NCBI GenBank assembly: GCA_002104905.1 | Contig: MCFE01000569.1 | Span: 1 to 57,046 of the forward strand | From: Basidiobolus meristosporus CBS 931.73 | Taxonomy: Eukaryota; Fungi; Basidiobolomycota | Length of the DNA stretch: 57,046 nt | Reading direction: 5' to 3' | Part shown: in pieces, positions 1-11,070 of the stretch | Layout: each line of letters starts with the position of its first letter | Numbering within the stretch: position 1 is the first letter of the stretch | Position numbers and translations under genes: made by a program | Notes under the pieces: generated by a model | Database searches by the model: none | The model's input: only the letters and a program-made list of their open reading frames with translations | Told to the model about the DNA's origin: nothing

Positions 1-14
1 ACTCCATTTGAAGC

Positions 15-2070
15 ATGGTATGGATACAGACCAAGTGCAGAACATCTAAGAATATTTGGGTGTACAGCACATGCCAAAAAACTGGCCGGAAATCAGTCAA
101 ATTTGAGCCAAAAAGTGTAAAATGCATATTTTTGGGCTACTGCAATGAGAGTAAGGCATACAGACTCTACAATACCAAAGCAAAGAAGCTTATCAAGTCC
201 AGGGATGTGTTGTTTGATGAAAATTCAAAATTTTCACAAAAAATGACATCAGATGATGACGAAAATTTGATCTCAAGTCCACCAATTGTCAGGATTGAAT
301 CAGAGCAAAACAATGAAAATTTTTTCACTCCAGAGGACTCTACAACCGTGGTTCAGCCAGAATCAGTGCCCAGGAATATCCCAGAAGTGATCATTCCAGT
401 ATCAAATGCCTGGAGATCAAATTGGACAAGAAATAGCCCAAATTACTATATTAATGAGGGTACAAACTTAGCCTATGCCTATTCAGTCCATATTGATGAA
501 CCCCAGACTGTAAAAGAGGCCCTAAATAGCCCTCAGACAAAGTTTTGGAGATCTGCAATGACTGAGGAATATCAGGCCCTGATGGAAAATCAAACTTGGG
601 ACTTAGTCAAATTACCAATCAACCAAAAATCAATTGGATGCAGATGGGTCTTCAAGACAAAATACAAGGCTGATGGTACAATTGAAAGATACAAAGCAAG
701 ACTTGTAGCCAAAGGATACTCTCAAACAAAAGGACTTGACTATACTGAGACCTTTGCACCGGTAGCCAAGTTCAATTCCATCAGATTAATATTGGCTATT
801 GCAGCAAAATATAAGTTTTTTATTCATCAAATGGATGTAAAAACTGCATTTTTGAATGGAGAACTTGATGAGGATGTGTATATGGACCAGCCTGATGGGT
901 TTGTTGACCAAAATAACCCCCATTTGGTCTGCAAGCTTAAAAAGTCACTATATGGTCTCAAACAATCACCAAGAGCCTGGAATTGCAAGATAGATTCTTA
1001 TTTGGAATCTTTGAGTTTCAAAAGAAGTAATGCTGACTATAGTATATACTATAAGACAGATAGAGCAAATCCAGTTCTATTAGCTCTATATGTGGATGAT
1101 CTTATTATAGCCGCCAATAACCTAGAAACATTGGAAGAGACTAAATCCAGCCTATCTAAGGAGTTCAAGATGTCCAATCTAGGAGAACTTAGTTACTACT
1201 TAGGGATTAAGTTCTCCATAGACAGAAGTACCCAGACTATTACCCTAAGCCAATCCAAGTATATTCAAGATATACTAAAGAAGTACAAAATGGAAGACTG
1301 TAAACCAGCAGCTACCCCAATGGAGACAAACCTTAACTTGGTCAAAACTCAACCAAATCAAGAGAGCTTGGTGCCATCTGAAAGCCCTGACTTTCCTTAT
1401 CAATCTATGGTCGGCAGTCTGATGTATATCATGCTTGGAACACGTCCAGATATCTCATATTCAGTGGGAGTTGTCAGCCAACATAATCAGAATTATGGAT
1501 CTGATCATATTGCAGCAGTTAAGCGGATTTTTAGATACCTAATAAGGAACTGCTGATATCTGCTTAAGATACACTTATAAGGATTCAGAACAGGATCTTG
1601 TGGGATACTCTGATGCTGATTGGGGACGAAATTTAGAAGACAGAAGATCCACCACAGGATACACCTTTCTTTACTGTAAAGGAGCCATTTCATGGAATTC
1701 AAGAAAGCAACCAACCGTAGCACTTTCTACTACAGAGGCAGAGTATATGGCAGCCTGTGAAGCTACAAAAGAAGCAATGTGGTTAAGAAAGCTCTTTACA
1801 GATTTAGGCCTATGTCAAAAAATGCCTATTACTTTATTTCAAGATAATCAAGGATGTATACAATTAGGTAGAAATCCAACTTTTCATGCTAGAACCAAGC
1901 ACATAGATATTAGACATCATTTCATACGTGAAGCTATAGAGAATAACTTAGTTAGCTTAGTTTACTGTCCTACAGATGAAATGATTGCAGACATATTTAC
2001 CAAACCATTAGCTAGAGACAAGTTTGAATATCTTAGGTCAAAATTAGGACTAGTCAGTATGAACATTTAG
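15..2070 (+). pseudogene. copia pol (RT-RNase H) of copy A with a +1 frameshift
   Basis: Extra T at 1543 (CTAATAAGG versus CTAAAAGG in copy C) splits RT from RNase H. Confidence 0.9.
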
Positions 2071-2081
2071 CTGAGTGGGAG

Positions 2082-2430
2082 TGTTGTAAAAATTCGTATT
2101 TCCACCTAAATATTCACCTAACTTAGTCACTTAGATCATCACCTCCAAATCCTAGAGAATACTGACCAAATTCCTTGTTGGGATTTACTTAGAATATTTT
2201 CACCAACATACCAGGTACCCAGAACATGAAAATTCTCAAAGTTGTCCAAACAGCCCCAAACTTTGCACACATGCTCTTGGGACCTTCCTTAACCTATTCT
2301 TCGTGTTTGTAATGCCAAGACCATGTAAAAGTATAAATACTACTTTTACATTCAATAAATCATTAAGTGAAAACCACATAATCTACTTGTTCTCCCAATC
2401 ACTTCCAATATCTCCAAGACTCTTACAACC
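2082..2430 (+). repeat. 3' LTR of copy A (349 bp; starts TGTTG, terminal CA reads CC)
   Basis: Aligns with the LTRs at 4462-4810 and 8797-9145 and follows the PPT. Confidence 0.93.
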
Positions 2431-3400
2431 CTTATTAGCACTTGGTTCTCTTAATTGTTCATCCAGAAGCCTTCCATATATGTAATTTAAGGTTGAATCT
2501 TCAGTTCTGGACTCTAGGGCTGATACAAGGCCCTGAAACTTGTCTGTCAGGCTATTCTGAATGGTAACTATCACATCCTCATCAGTAGTTGGTACACCCA
2601 CAGATTCCATTTCATCTACCAGCAGGGTAATTCAGTTAATCAGATTTTCAATTTCTTCTCCTGGCAGCATCTTTGTAGTAAAGAATTATTGTCTCAGATA
2701 CATTCTCTTAGCAGCTGAGCATGAATGGTAGGTGTCTTCTAATGCCTTCCTGGGATTCTTTGCTGTTTTTGCTCTTGAGCATTGAATTAGCAATTTGTCT
2801 TTAACATTAAGGCAAATGCAATTAGAGGCACTTTGTTCTTTCTCTGGTACTCAAAGGCTTCCTCTCCCACATTTTTAGGAGGGCATTCTTCTCCCATGAC
2901 AGTATCCCAAAGGCCTCTTTCTTGTAGCAGCATCTTCATCATCACCTTCCACACTTGGTAGTTAAATCCATCCAACTTTTCAGCAGAGGGAACAGTTCCA
3001 GTAATAGCAGTAGTAAATATTGCGGAGAGTGACAGCTTGGGGCTCATAACCTGTCCTAAGAGTCTTGGAGATATTGGAAGTGATTGGGAGAACAAGTAGA
3101 TTATGTGGTTTTCACTTAATGATTTATTGAATGTAAAAGTAGTATTTATACTGTTACATGGTCTTGGCATAAAAAACACATAGAATAGGTTAAGGAAGGT
3201 CCCAAGAACATGTGTGAAAAGTGTGGGGCTGTTTGGACAACTTTGAGGATTTTCATGTTTGGGGTACCTGATATTTTTGTGAAAATATTCTAAGTAAATC
3301 CCAACAAGGAACATGGTCAGTATTCTATATTATTTGAAGGTAATGATCTGAGTGACTAAGTTAGGTGAATATTTAGGTGGAATTACAAATTTTTACAACA
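2431..3400 (-). mobile_element. copia copy B: 5' LTR (3052-3400), PBS and decayed 5' gag, interrupted at 2431
   Basis: Reverse complement of LTR + GGTTATGAGCCCC + gag (MSPKLSLS...FNYQVW; MESVGVPTTDEDV). Contains stops and frameshifts. Confidence 0.93.
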
Positions 3401-3419
3401 GCTATAATACAAACATAAA

Positions 3420-3749
3420 GCTGAACACATAGATCTCTGCTGCTACTGTATCCATTCTCTACTCCATCTTGCACCATGTGTGGAGAGTATTGGGCCTTGC
3501 TTCACCTTTTCGGAGTTTCCTATGGAGCGGATGTGTGGGAAGATAGGTAGACATGTTGAGTTGCAGGTACTACCATATCCCAATCTCATCAAGAATAATA
3601 CCATCAAATCTGTCATGCATGTGATAAGTTGGCACTTGGAGGACAGCCAGGAAGAGCTGGAAAATACTGAGGACAGATGTACACATGGAGACACCTATTT
3701 CTATGGCATCAAGAAGCTAAGAAGCCTCAAAATGTGGGTAATCAGTTAA
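3420..3749 (+). pseudogene. CACTA/En-Spm (CMC superfamily) transposase C-terminal remnant
   Basis: Frame reads IHSLLHLAPCVESIGPCFTFSEFPMERMCGKIG, matching the CMC H-x-LLH...GP...F-x-x-ER-x-x-G motif. The fragment is cut at 3400 by the copy B LTR. Confidence 0.7.
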
Positions 3750-4461
3750 GTAATGCAAAGTTGGGTTGGGTGCAACAAGCAACTAATCTTTGTTAGGAAA
3801 ACTCTACCAAGGTATGCTGGGTTCCTCTTGGGTCACAAGCCAGCTTCTACACCATTCTATACATAATTCATGCAAACTAGAGCCAGAGTGCACCTATAAG
3901 GGGGACTAGAATCCAGCAGGGAGAAGGAATATATTGGCTAAATACCAAGAGTTCTTTGAGGAAATTCTGGAGGTGTTCATGGCAGAAATGGCAGCAACCA
4001 AGCATATGTTTGGAAGATGTATATGTTACCAGCAGTACAGGTATATGACAACTATGCAAGTATCATACTAAAAAGCTGTAAAGTTGAGGTGATAGAAGTA
4101 TGTCAATTGTGGCAGGTGTGTCTTTGTATAGGTTAGTAAGCAGGAGGCCATATTTTTTTTGATGCAAACTATATGTGGAGTACCCAAGGTAGTAGTGAGC
4201 AAGCAAATAAAGAGGGGTGATTCTACAATGGAATATATGAATTGCACATGGAGAGGTAGAAAAAGGAAATACCATTTGGTAAGTTAGTATGGTAGCATTA
4301 TACAGAAATTGCTGTTGGCTGCCATACTGCCATTATAATGCCATTAGAGTGTTCCTGTGAAGTCATTGAAATACCATCAAGTTTTTTGCCATATAAGGCA
4401 ATTGGCTGTTCTGCCAGTTGGATCCATTTAAATTAGTTTTAGAGCACAATAAGACCACAAC

Positions 4462-4810
4462 TGTTGTAAAAATTTGTATTTCCACCTAAATATTCACCTA
4501 ACTTAGTCACTTAGATCATCACCTTCAAATCCTAGAGAATACTGACCAAATTCCTTGTCGGGATTTACTTAGAATATTTTCACCAAAATACCAGGTACCC
4601 AGAACATGAAAATTCTCAAAGTTGTCCAAACAGCCCCAAACTTTGCACACATGTTCTTGGGACCTTCCTTAACCTATTCTACGTGTTTGTAATGCCAAGA
4701 CCATGTAAAAGTATAAATACTACTTTTACATTCAATAAATCATTAAGTGAAAACCACATAATCTACTTGTTCTCCAAATCACTTCCAATATCTCCAAGAC
4801 TCTTACAACA
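4462..4810 (+). repeat. 5' LTR of copy C (349 bp)
   Basis: Differs from the 3' LTR at one base (AAACCACATA versus AAACTACATA). Contains TATAAATA and AATAAA. Confidence 0.97.
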
Positions 4811-4822
4811 GGTTATGAGCCC
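4811..4822 (+). promoter_or_regulatory. Primer-binding site GGTTATGAGCCC, complementary to the anticodon arm of initiator tRNA-Met (half-tRNA priming)
   Basis: Reverse complement of GGGCTCATAACC of fungal tRNAiMet, the same primer type as yeast Ty5 and Drosophila copia. The gag ATG (4815) lies inside it. Confidence 0.85.
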
Positions 4823-7800
4823 CAAGCTGTCACTCTCTGCAATATCTACTGCTGCTATTACTGGAATTTTTCCCTCTGCTGAAAAGTTGGATGGCACTAA
4901 CTACCAAGTGTGGAAGGTGAAGATGAAGATGCTGCTACAAGAAAGAGGCCTTTGGGATATTGTCATGGGAGAAGAATGCCCTCCTAAAAACGTGGGAGAG
5001 GAAGCCTTAAAGTACCAGAAGAAAGAACAAAGTGCCTTTAACTGCATTTGCCTTAATGTCAAGGACAAATTGCTAATTCAATGCTCAAGAGCAAAAACGG
5101 CAAAGAATGCCTGGAAGGCATTAGAAGACACCTACCAGTCATGTTCAGCTGCCAAGAAAATGTATCTGAGAAGAAAATTCTTTACTACAAAGATGCTGCC
5201 AGGAGAAGAAATGAAAAATCTAATTAACAGAATTACCCTGCTGGTAGATGAGATGGAATCTGTGGGCGTACCAACTACTGATGAGGATGTGATAGTTACC
5301 ATCCTGAATAGCCTGACAGACAAGTTTCAGGGCCTTGTATCAGCCCTAGAGTCCAGAACTGAAGATTTGACCTTAAATTACGTATATGGAAGGCTCCTGG
5401 ATGAAGAATTAAGAAAATCAAGCGCCAATAAGAAGGAAGAAGAAAATGCTTTAATAAGCAATGATAACCAACAAAGGAGGTACCCAAGACCCTACAAAGG
5501 CAACAACAACCTATTTTGCAACTACTGCAAAAGGAAAGGACACACATCAGACCGGTGTTTCAAAAAGAGAGATTATCAGCAAAAGAAGCCTGAATATGGA
5601 AATGCTGCAACAACTGAAGATAGACTATTCATATCTGCACTAAATATGACCACAAACAAGGATTCTCAGACGTGGTATAATGACTCTGGAGCTTCTCAAC
5701 ACTTTACACACCAAAAAGAACTTTTTACCCAATATCAAGAAATTCCAATTAAGAAGGTTTTCATGGGTGACAATAGAACACTTGATGCAGTGGGAGAAGG
5801 AACTATCCAAGTAAACCTTAGAAGCAGTGAAGGAAGCCATACACTGACCTTTAAAGAAGTACTCTATGTACCAGAAATAGCCAAGAACCTACTCTCTGTA
5901 AGCAAGGCCACAGCAGAAGGACTCAGTTTCAGTTTTGACAATTCTGGATGCAGGATCACTGATCAAAATGGTGCTCATATTTCTTTGGGCATCAGAGATC
6001 AGAACCTATACAAGTTGACTTATATTCCATCATATCTGGAAGCCAATATAAGTAACTTAAATGAAGAAACACCAATGCTTTGGCACAGGAGATTTGGACA
6101 CATCAATTTTGATTATTTGCGCAAAATGATCAAAGATCAGCTAATTTCTGGAGTGAAAATTGATCCCCCAGCTAATTTGGAGCACTGTGAAGCCTGCATA
6201 TATGGGAAACAAGCCAGACAACCGTTCAAGAGCTCTGGGTTAATCAAAACTAAGAAAAAATTAGATCTAATTCACTCAGATCTGTGTGGACCTATGCAAA
6301 ATTTATCCTTAGGCGGGATGAAGTATTTAATCACTTTTATTGATGATTATACAAGATACACATGGGTCTACTTCATGGAGAGAAAGGAAGAAGCTCTGTC
6401 TAAGCTCAGGGAGTTTAAAGCCATGGTGGAGAGAGAAACTGGTGAAAAAATCAAGAAAATACGCTCTGACAATGGTGGAGAATATACCTCAAAACTCTTC
6501 ATCCACTTCTGCAAAATTCATGGGATAAAGCAAGAGACTACTGTACCATACTCCCCACAGCAAAATGGAGTAGCAGAACGAGCTAACAGATCAATAATTG
6601 ATATGGCAAGATCTATGATCCATGATCAAAAATTATCCTATGATTTTTGGGCGGAATCAGTTGCCACTGCTGTATATCTTAAAAATAGGAGTTATAACAG
6701 AATACTTTGTGATTCTACTCCATTTGAAGCATGGTATGGATACAGACCAAGTGAAGAACATCTAAGAATATTTGGGTGTACAGCATATGCCAAAAAACTG
6801 GCCGGAAATCAGTCAAAATTTGAGCCAAAAAGTGTAAAATGCATATTTTTGGGCTACTGCAATGAGAGTAAGGCATACAGACTCTACAATACCAAAGCAA
6901 AGAAGCTTATCAAGTCCAGGGATGTGTTGTTTGATGAAAATTCAAAATTTTCACAAAAATGACATCAGATGATGACGAAAATTTGATCTCAAGTCCACCA
7001 ATTGTCAGGATTGAATCAGAGCAAAACAATGAAAATTTTTTCACTCCAGAGGACTCTACAACCGTGGTTCAGCCAGAATCAGTGCCCAGGAATATCCCAG
7101 AAGTGATCATTCCAGTATCAAATGCCCGGAGATCCAATCGGACAAGAAATAGCCCAAATTACTATATCAATGAGGGTACAAACTTAGCCTATGCCTATTC
7201 AGTCCATGTTGATGAACCCCAGACTGTAAAAGAGGCCCTAAATAGCCCTCAGGCGAAGTTTTGGAGATCTGCAATGACTGAGGAATATCAGGCACTGATG
7301 GAAAATCAAACTTGGGACTTAGTCAAATTACCAATCAACCAAAAATCAATTGGATGCAGATGGGTCTTCAAGACAAAATACAAGGCTGATGGTACAATTG
7401 AAAGATACAAAGCAAGACTTGTAGCCAAAGGATACTCTCAAACAAAAGGACTTGACTATACTGAGACCTTTGCACCGGTAGCCAAGTTTAATTCCATCAG
7501 ATTAATATTGGCTATTGCAGCCAAATATAAGTTTTTTATTCATCAAATGGATGTAAAAACTGCATTTTTGAATGGAGAACTTGATGAGGACGTGTATATG
7601 GACCAGCCTGATGGGCTTGTTGACCAAAATAACCCCCATTTGGTCTGCAAGCTTAAAAAGTCACTATATGGTCTCAAACAATCACCGAGAGCCTGGAATT
7701 GCAAGATAGATTCTTATTTGGAATCTTTGAGTTTCAAAAGGAGTAATGCTGACTATAGTATATACTATAAGCCAGATAGAGCAAATCCAGTTCTATTAGC

Positions 7801-8785
7801 TCTATATGTGGATGATCTTATTATAGCCGCCAATAACCTAGAAACATTGGAAGAGACTAAATCCAGCCTATCTAAGGAGTTCAAGATGTCCAATCTAGGA
7901 GAACTTAGTTACTACTTAGGGATTAAGTTCTCCATAGACAGAAGTACCCAGACTATTACCCTAAGTCAATCCAAGTATATTCAAGATATACTAAAGAAGT
8001 ACAAAATGGAAGACTGTAAACCGGCAGCTACCCCAATGGAGACAAACCTTAACTTGGTCAAAACTCAACCAAATCAAGAGAGCTTGGTGCCATCTGAAAG
8101 CCCTGACTTTCCTTATCAATCTATGGTCGGCAGTCTGATGTATATCATGCTTGGAACACGTCCAGATATCTCATATTCAGTGGGAGTAGTCAGCCAACAT
8201 AATCAGAATTATGGATCTGATCATATTGCAGCAGTTAAGCGGATTTTTAGATACCTAAAAGGAACTGCTGATATCTGCTTAAGATACACTTATAAGGATT
8301 CAGAACAGGATCTTGTGGGATACTCTGATGCTGATTGGGGACGAAATTTGGAAGACAGAAGATCTACCACAGGATACACCTTTCTTTACTGTAAAGGAGC
8401 CATTTCATGGAATTCAAGAAAGCAACCAACCGTAGCACTTTCCACCACAGAGGCAGAGTATATGGCAGCCTGTGAAGCTACAAAAGAAGCAATGTGGTTA
8501 AGAAAGCTCTTTACAGATTTAGGCCAATGTCAAAAAATGCCTATTACTTTATTTCAAGATAATCAAGGATGTATACAATTAGGTAGAAATCCAACTTTTC
8601 ATGCTAGAACCAAGCACATAGATATTAGACATCATTTCATACGTGAAGCTATAGAGAATAACTTAGTTAGCTTAGTTTACTGTCCTACAGATGAAATGAT
8701 TGCAGACATATTTACCAAACCATTAGCTAGAGACAAGTTTGAATATTTTAGGTCAAAATTAGGACTAGTCAGTATGAACATTTAG
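4815..8785 (+). CDS. copia Gag-Pol polyprotein with one 1-nt deletion frameshift near 6955-6959
   Basis: CNYCKRKGHTSDRC zinc knuckle; NDSGAS protease; LWHRRFGH/CEAC; IHSDLCGP, IDDYTR, RSDNGGEY and QNGVAER integrase motifs; RT YVDD; RNase H. A5 run here versus A6 in copy A. Confidence 0.93.
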
Positions 8786-8796
8786 CTGAGTGGGAG

Positions 8797-9145
8797 TGTT
8801 GTAAAAATTTGTATTTCCACCTAAATATTCACCTAACTTAGTCACTTAGATCATCACCTTCAAATCCTAGAGAATACTGACCAAATTCCTTGTCGGGATT
8901 TACTTAGAATATTTTCACCAAAATACCAGGTACCCAGAACATGAAAATTCTCAAAGTTGTCCAAACAGCCCCAAACTTTGCACACATGTTCTTGGGACCT
9001 TCCTTAACCTATTCTACGTGTTTGTAATGCCAAGACCATGTAAAAGTATAAATACTACTTTTACATTCAATAAATCATTAAGTGAAAACTACATAATCTA
9101 CTTGTTCTCCAAATCACTTCCAATATCTCCAAGACTCTTACAACA
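8797..9145 (+). repeat. 3' LTR of copy C (349 bp)
   Basis: Follows the PPT; 348/349 identical to the 5' LTR. Confidence 0.97.
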
Positions 9146-9999
9146 ACAACAATGCCATGCAATTATTGTCACAGCACTAATCAAGTCTTATCAAGTTTTA
9201 TAACTTTATTTGGCAGTAAAATTAGCAAAACACCGTTGTAATCCCGCCATAAAATTGTTTAGAGGGCCACTAATTCCAAGCTGCTAGTATTATGGTGGTC
9301 TCTAAACAGGATCCTGACAAGTGATCCTGATTTGATCCACCCACAGGACCAAATTATTTTTCATAGAGTGCAAGTATCATACTGAAAAGCTGTAAAGTCA
9401 AGGCAATAGAAGTATGTGAATTGTGGCAGGTGTGCATGTTTGTAGAGGTCAGTAAGTAGGAGGCTGTAGTTTTTTTTTATTCAAACTACATGTGGATTAC
9501 CCAAGGAAGTAGTGGTAAGCAAATAAAGAGAGGTGATTCTAAAGTGGAATATATGAAATGTTCAAACTATATGTGGAATACCCAAGGTAGTAGTGGGTTA
9601 GTAAACAAAGAGGGGTAAATCCAAAGTGGAATATATGAATTGCACAAGGGGTGGTAGAAAAAGGAAATACCATTTAGTAAATTAGTATAGTAGCATTTTA
9701 CAGAACTAGCTGTAGGCCACTGTGCTGCCTATATAACACCATCAGAGGCCTGCAAAGAGACTGTCAAAACACCGTTAGGTTTTTTGCCATATAAGGCAAT
9801 TGGATATACTGGCAGGTAGACGCACTTAAATAGTTGTAGAGTGCACCAAGACTGCAACAATGCCATGCTACCCTTGGCAAAACACCATACAGATACTGTC
9901 ACATTTTTTAAGTTTATTTGGTGGTAAAAGTAGCCAAACAGTGTTGTGATCCTATCATAAGATTGAGAAGACAATCAGAAGCAGTGCCAATAGAAATAG

Positions 10000-10180
10000 A
10001 TGCTACGCAGAAGAATCCTACCTCCAAAGAATACAAGTAGAAATGACCTTTGTTTTAACTACCACCAGCAAGGGCATATCTCAAGGTACTGCCCTCAGGG
10101 AAGAAATGGATGCCAGTCAGCAAGAACCTTCCACCATATTGAAGCCCTTGAGCATAGTAATGTGGCAGAAGGGCGTGCTA
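10000..10180 (+). pseudogene. Gag zinc-knuckle remnant of a different retroelement (possibly Ty3/gypsy)
   Basis: CFNYHQQGHISRYCP resembles CX2CX4HX4C with the second Cys changed to Tyr; no other domains seen. Confidence 0.45.
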
Positions 10181-10182
10181 AG

Positions 10183-11070
10183 TATTGGATTCCAGATATA
10201 ATGGAATATAAGTCAACTTGTAAAGATTCTAATCTCTGATACCCAAAGCAATATGGGCACCATTTTGACCAGTGATCCTGCATCCAGAATTGTCAAAGCT
10301 GAAACTGCATCCTTCTGCGGTGGCCTTGCTACAGATACTAGGTTCTTGGCTATTTCTGGAACATAGGGTACTTTTTTGAAGGAAAGTGTATGGCTTCCTT
10401 CACTGCTTCTAAGGTTTACTTGGATAGTTCCTTCTCCCACTGCATCAGGTGTCCTATTGTCACCCATGAAAACCTTCTTAACTGGAATTTCTTGATATTG
10501 GGTAAAAAGTTCTGTTTGGTATGTTAAGTATTGAGATGCTTCAGAAACAATAAACTATGTCTGAGAATCCTTGCTTGTGGTCATATTTAGTGCAGATATG
10601 AATAGTCTATCTTCAGTTGTTGCAGCATTTCCATAGTCAGGCTTTTTCTGCTGAGTATCTCTCTTTTTGAGGCACCAGTCAGGTGTGTGTCCTTTCTTTT
10701 GCAGTAGCTGAAAAACAGGTTGCTATTGCCTTTGAAGGGTTTTGGGTACCTCCTTTGCTGGTTATCATTGCTTATTAAAGCATGTTCCTCTTCCTTCTTA
10801 TTAGCACTTGGTTTTCTTAATTGTTCATCCAAAAGCCTTCCATACACATATTTTAAGGTCAAGTCTTCAGTTCTGGACTCTAGGGCTGATAAAAGGCCCT
10901 AAAACCTGTCTGTCAGGCTATTCAGGATGGCAACTATTGCATCTTCATCTGTAGTTGGTATGCCCACAGATTCCATCTCCTCTACCAGCAGGGTAATTTT
11001 GTTAATTAGATTTTTCATTTCTTCTCCTGGCAGCATCTTTGTAGTAAAGAATTTTTGTCCAAGAAACATT
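10183..11070 (-). mobile_element. copia copy D: internal gag-protease fragment, no LTRs
   Basis: Reverse complement matches copy C ~5160-6050 (MGDNRTPDAVGEGTIQVNLRSSEG; YGRLLDEQLRK); frameshifted. Confidence 0.92.

Larger units (their letters stand above)
1..2430 (+). mobile_element. Ty1/copia LTR retrotransposon copy A (5' part lies outside the window): integrase tail, RT, RNase H, PPT, 3' LTR
   Basis: ORFs 15-1556 and 1600-2070 carry YKARLVAKG, QMDVKTAFLNG, LYVDDL, YSDADWG, TEAEY and ADIFTK. PPT GAGTGGGAG at 2073-2081. Near-identical to copy C. Confidence 0.97.
4462..9145 (+). mobile_element. Full-length young Ty1/copia retrotransposon copy C (4684 bp) with 5-bp TSD ACAAC
   Basis: TGTTG...CAACA LTRs at both ends; ACAAC at 4457-4461 and 9146-9150; PBS at 4811; PPT at 8788-8796; domain order gag-PR-IN-RT-RH. 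Confidence 0.98.
4055..9964. repeat. Degenerate ~600-bp direct tandem duplication: unit A = 4055-4461 + 9151-9368 (split by copia C); unit B = 9369-~9964
   Basis: Both units begin TGCAAGTATCATACT.AAAAGCTGTAAAG and share GGTAGAAAAAGGAAATACCATTT and TTTTTGCCATATAAGGCAATTGG. Unit B also has an internal ~80-bp duplication (9481-9639). Confidence 0.85.

Noticed and set aside
4683-4814. N-terminal extension MFVMPRPCK... of gag and similar short ORFs at 2303, 9018, 2787 and 55282
   Set aside because: Frames running through the LTR from non-ATG starts; the plausible start is the ATG at 4815.
6950-6965. Programmed ribosomal frameshift between integrase and RT
   Set aside because: Copy A is in frame at this site (A6), and copia elements do not normally frameshift here; a deletion or sequencing error is simpler.
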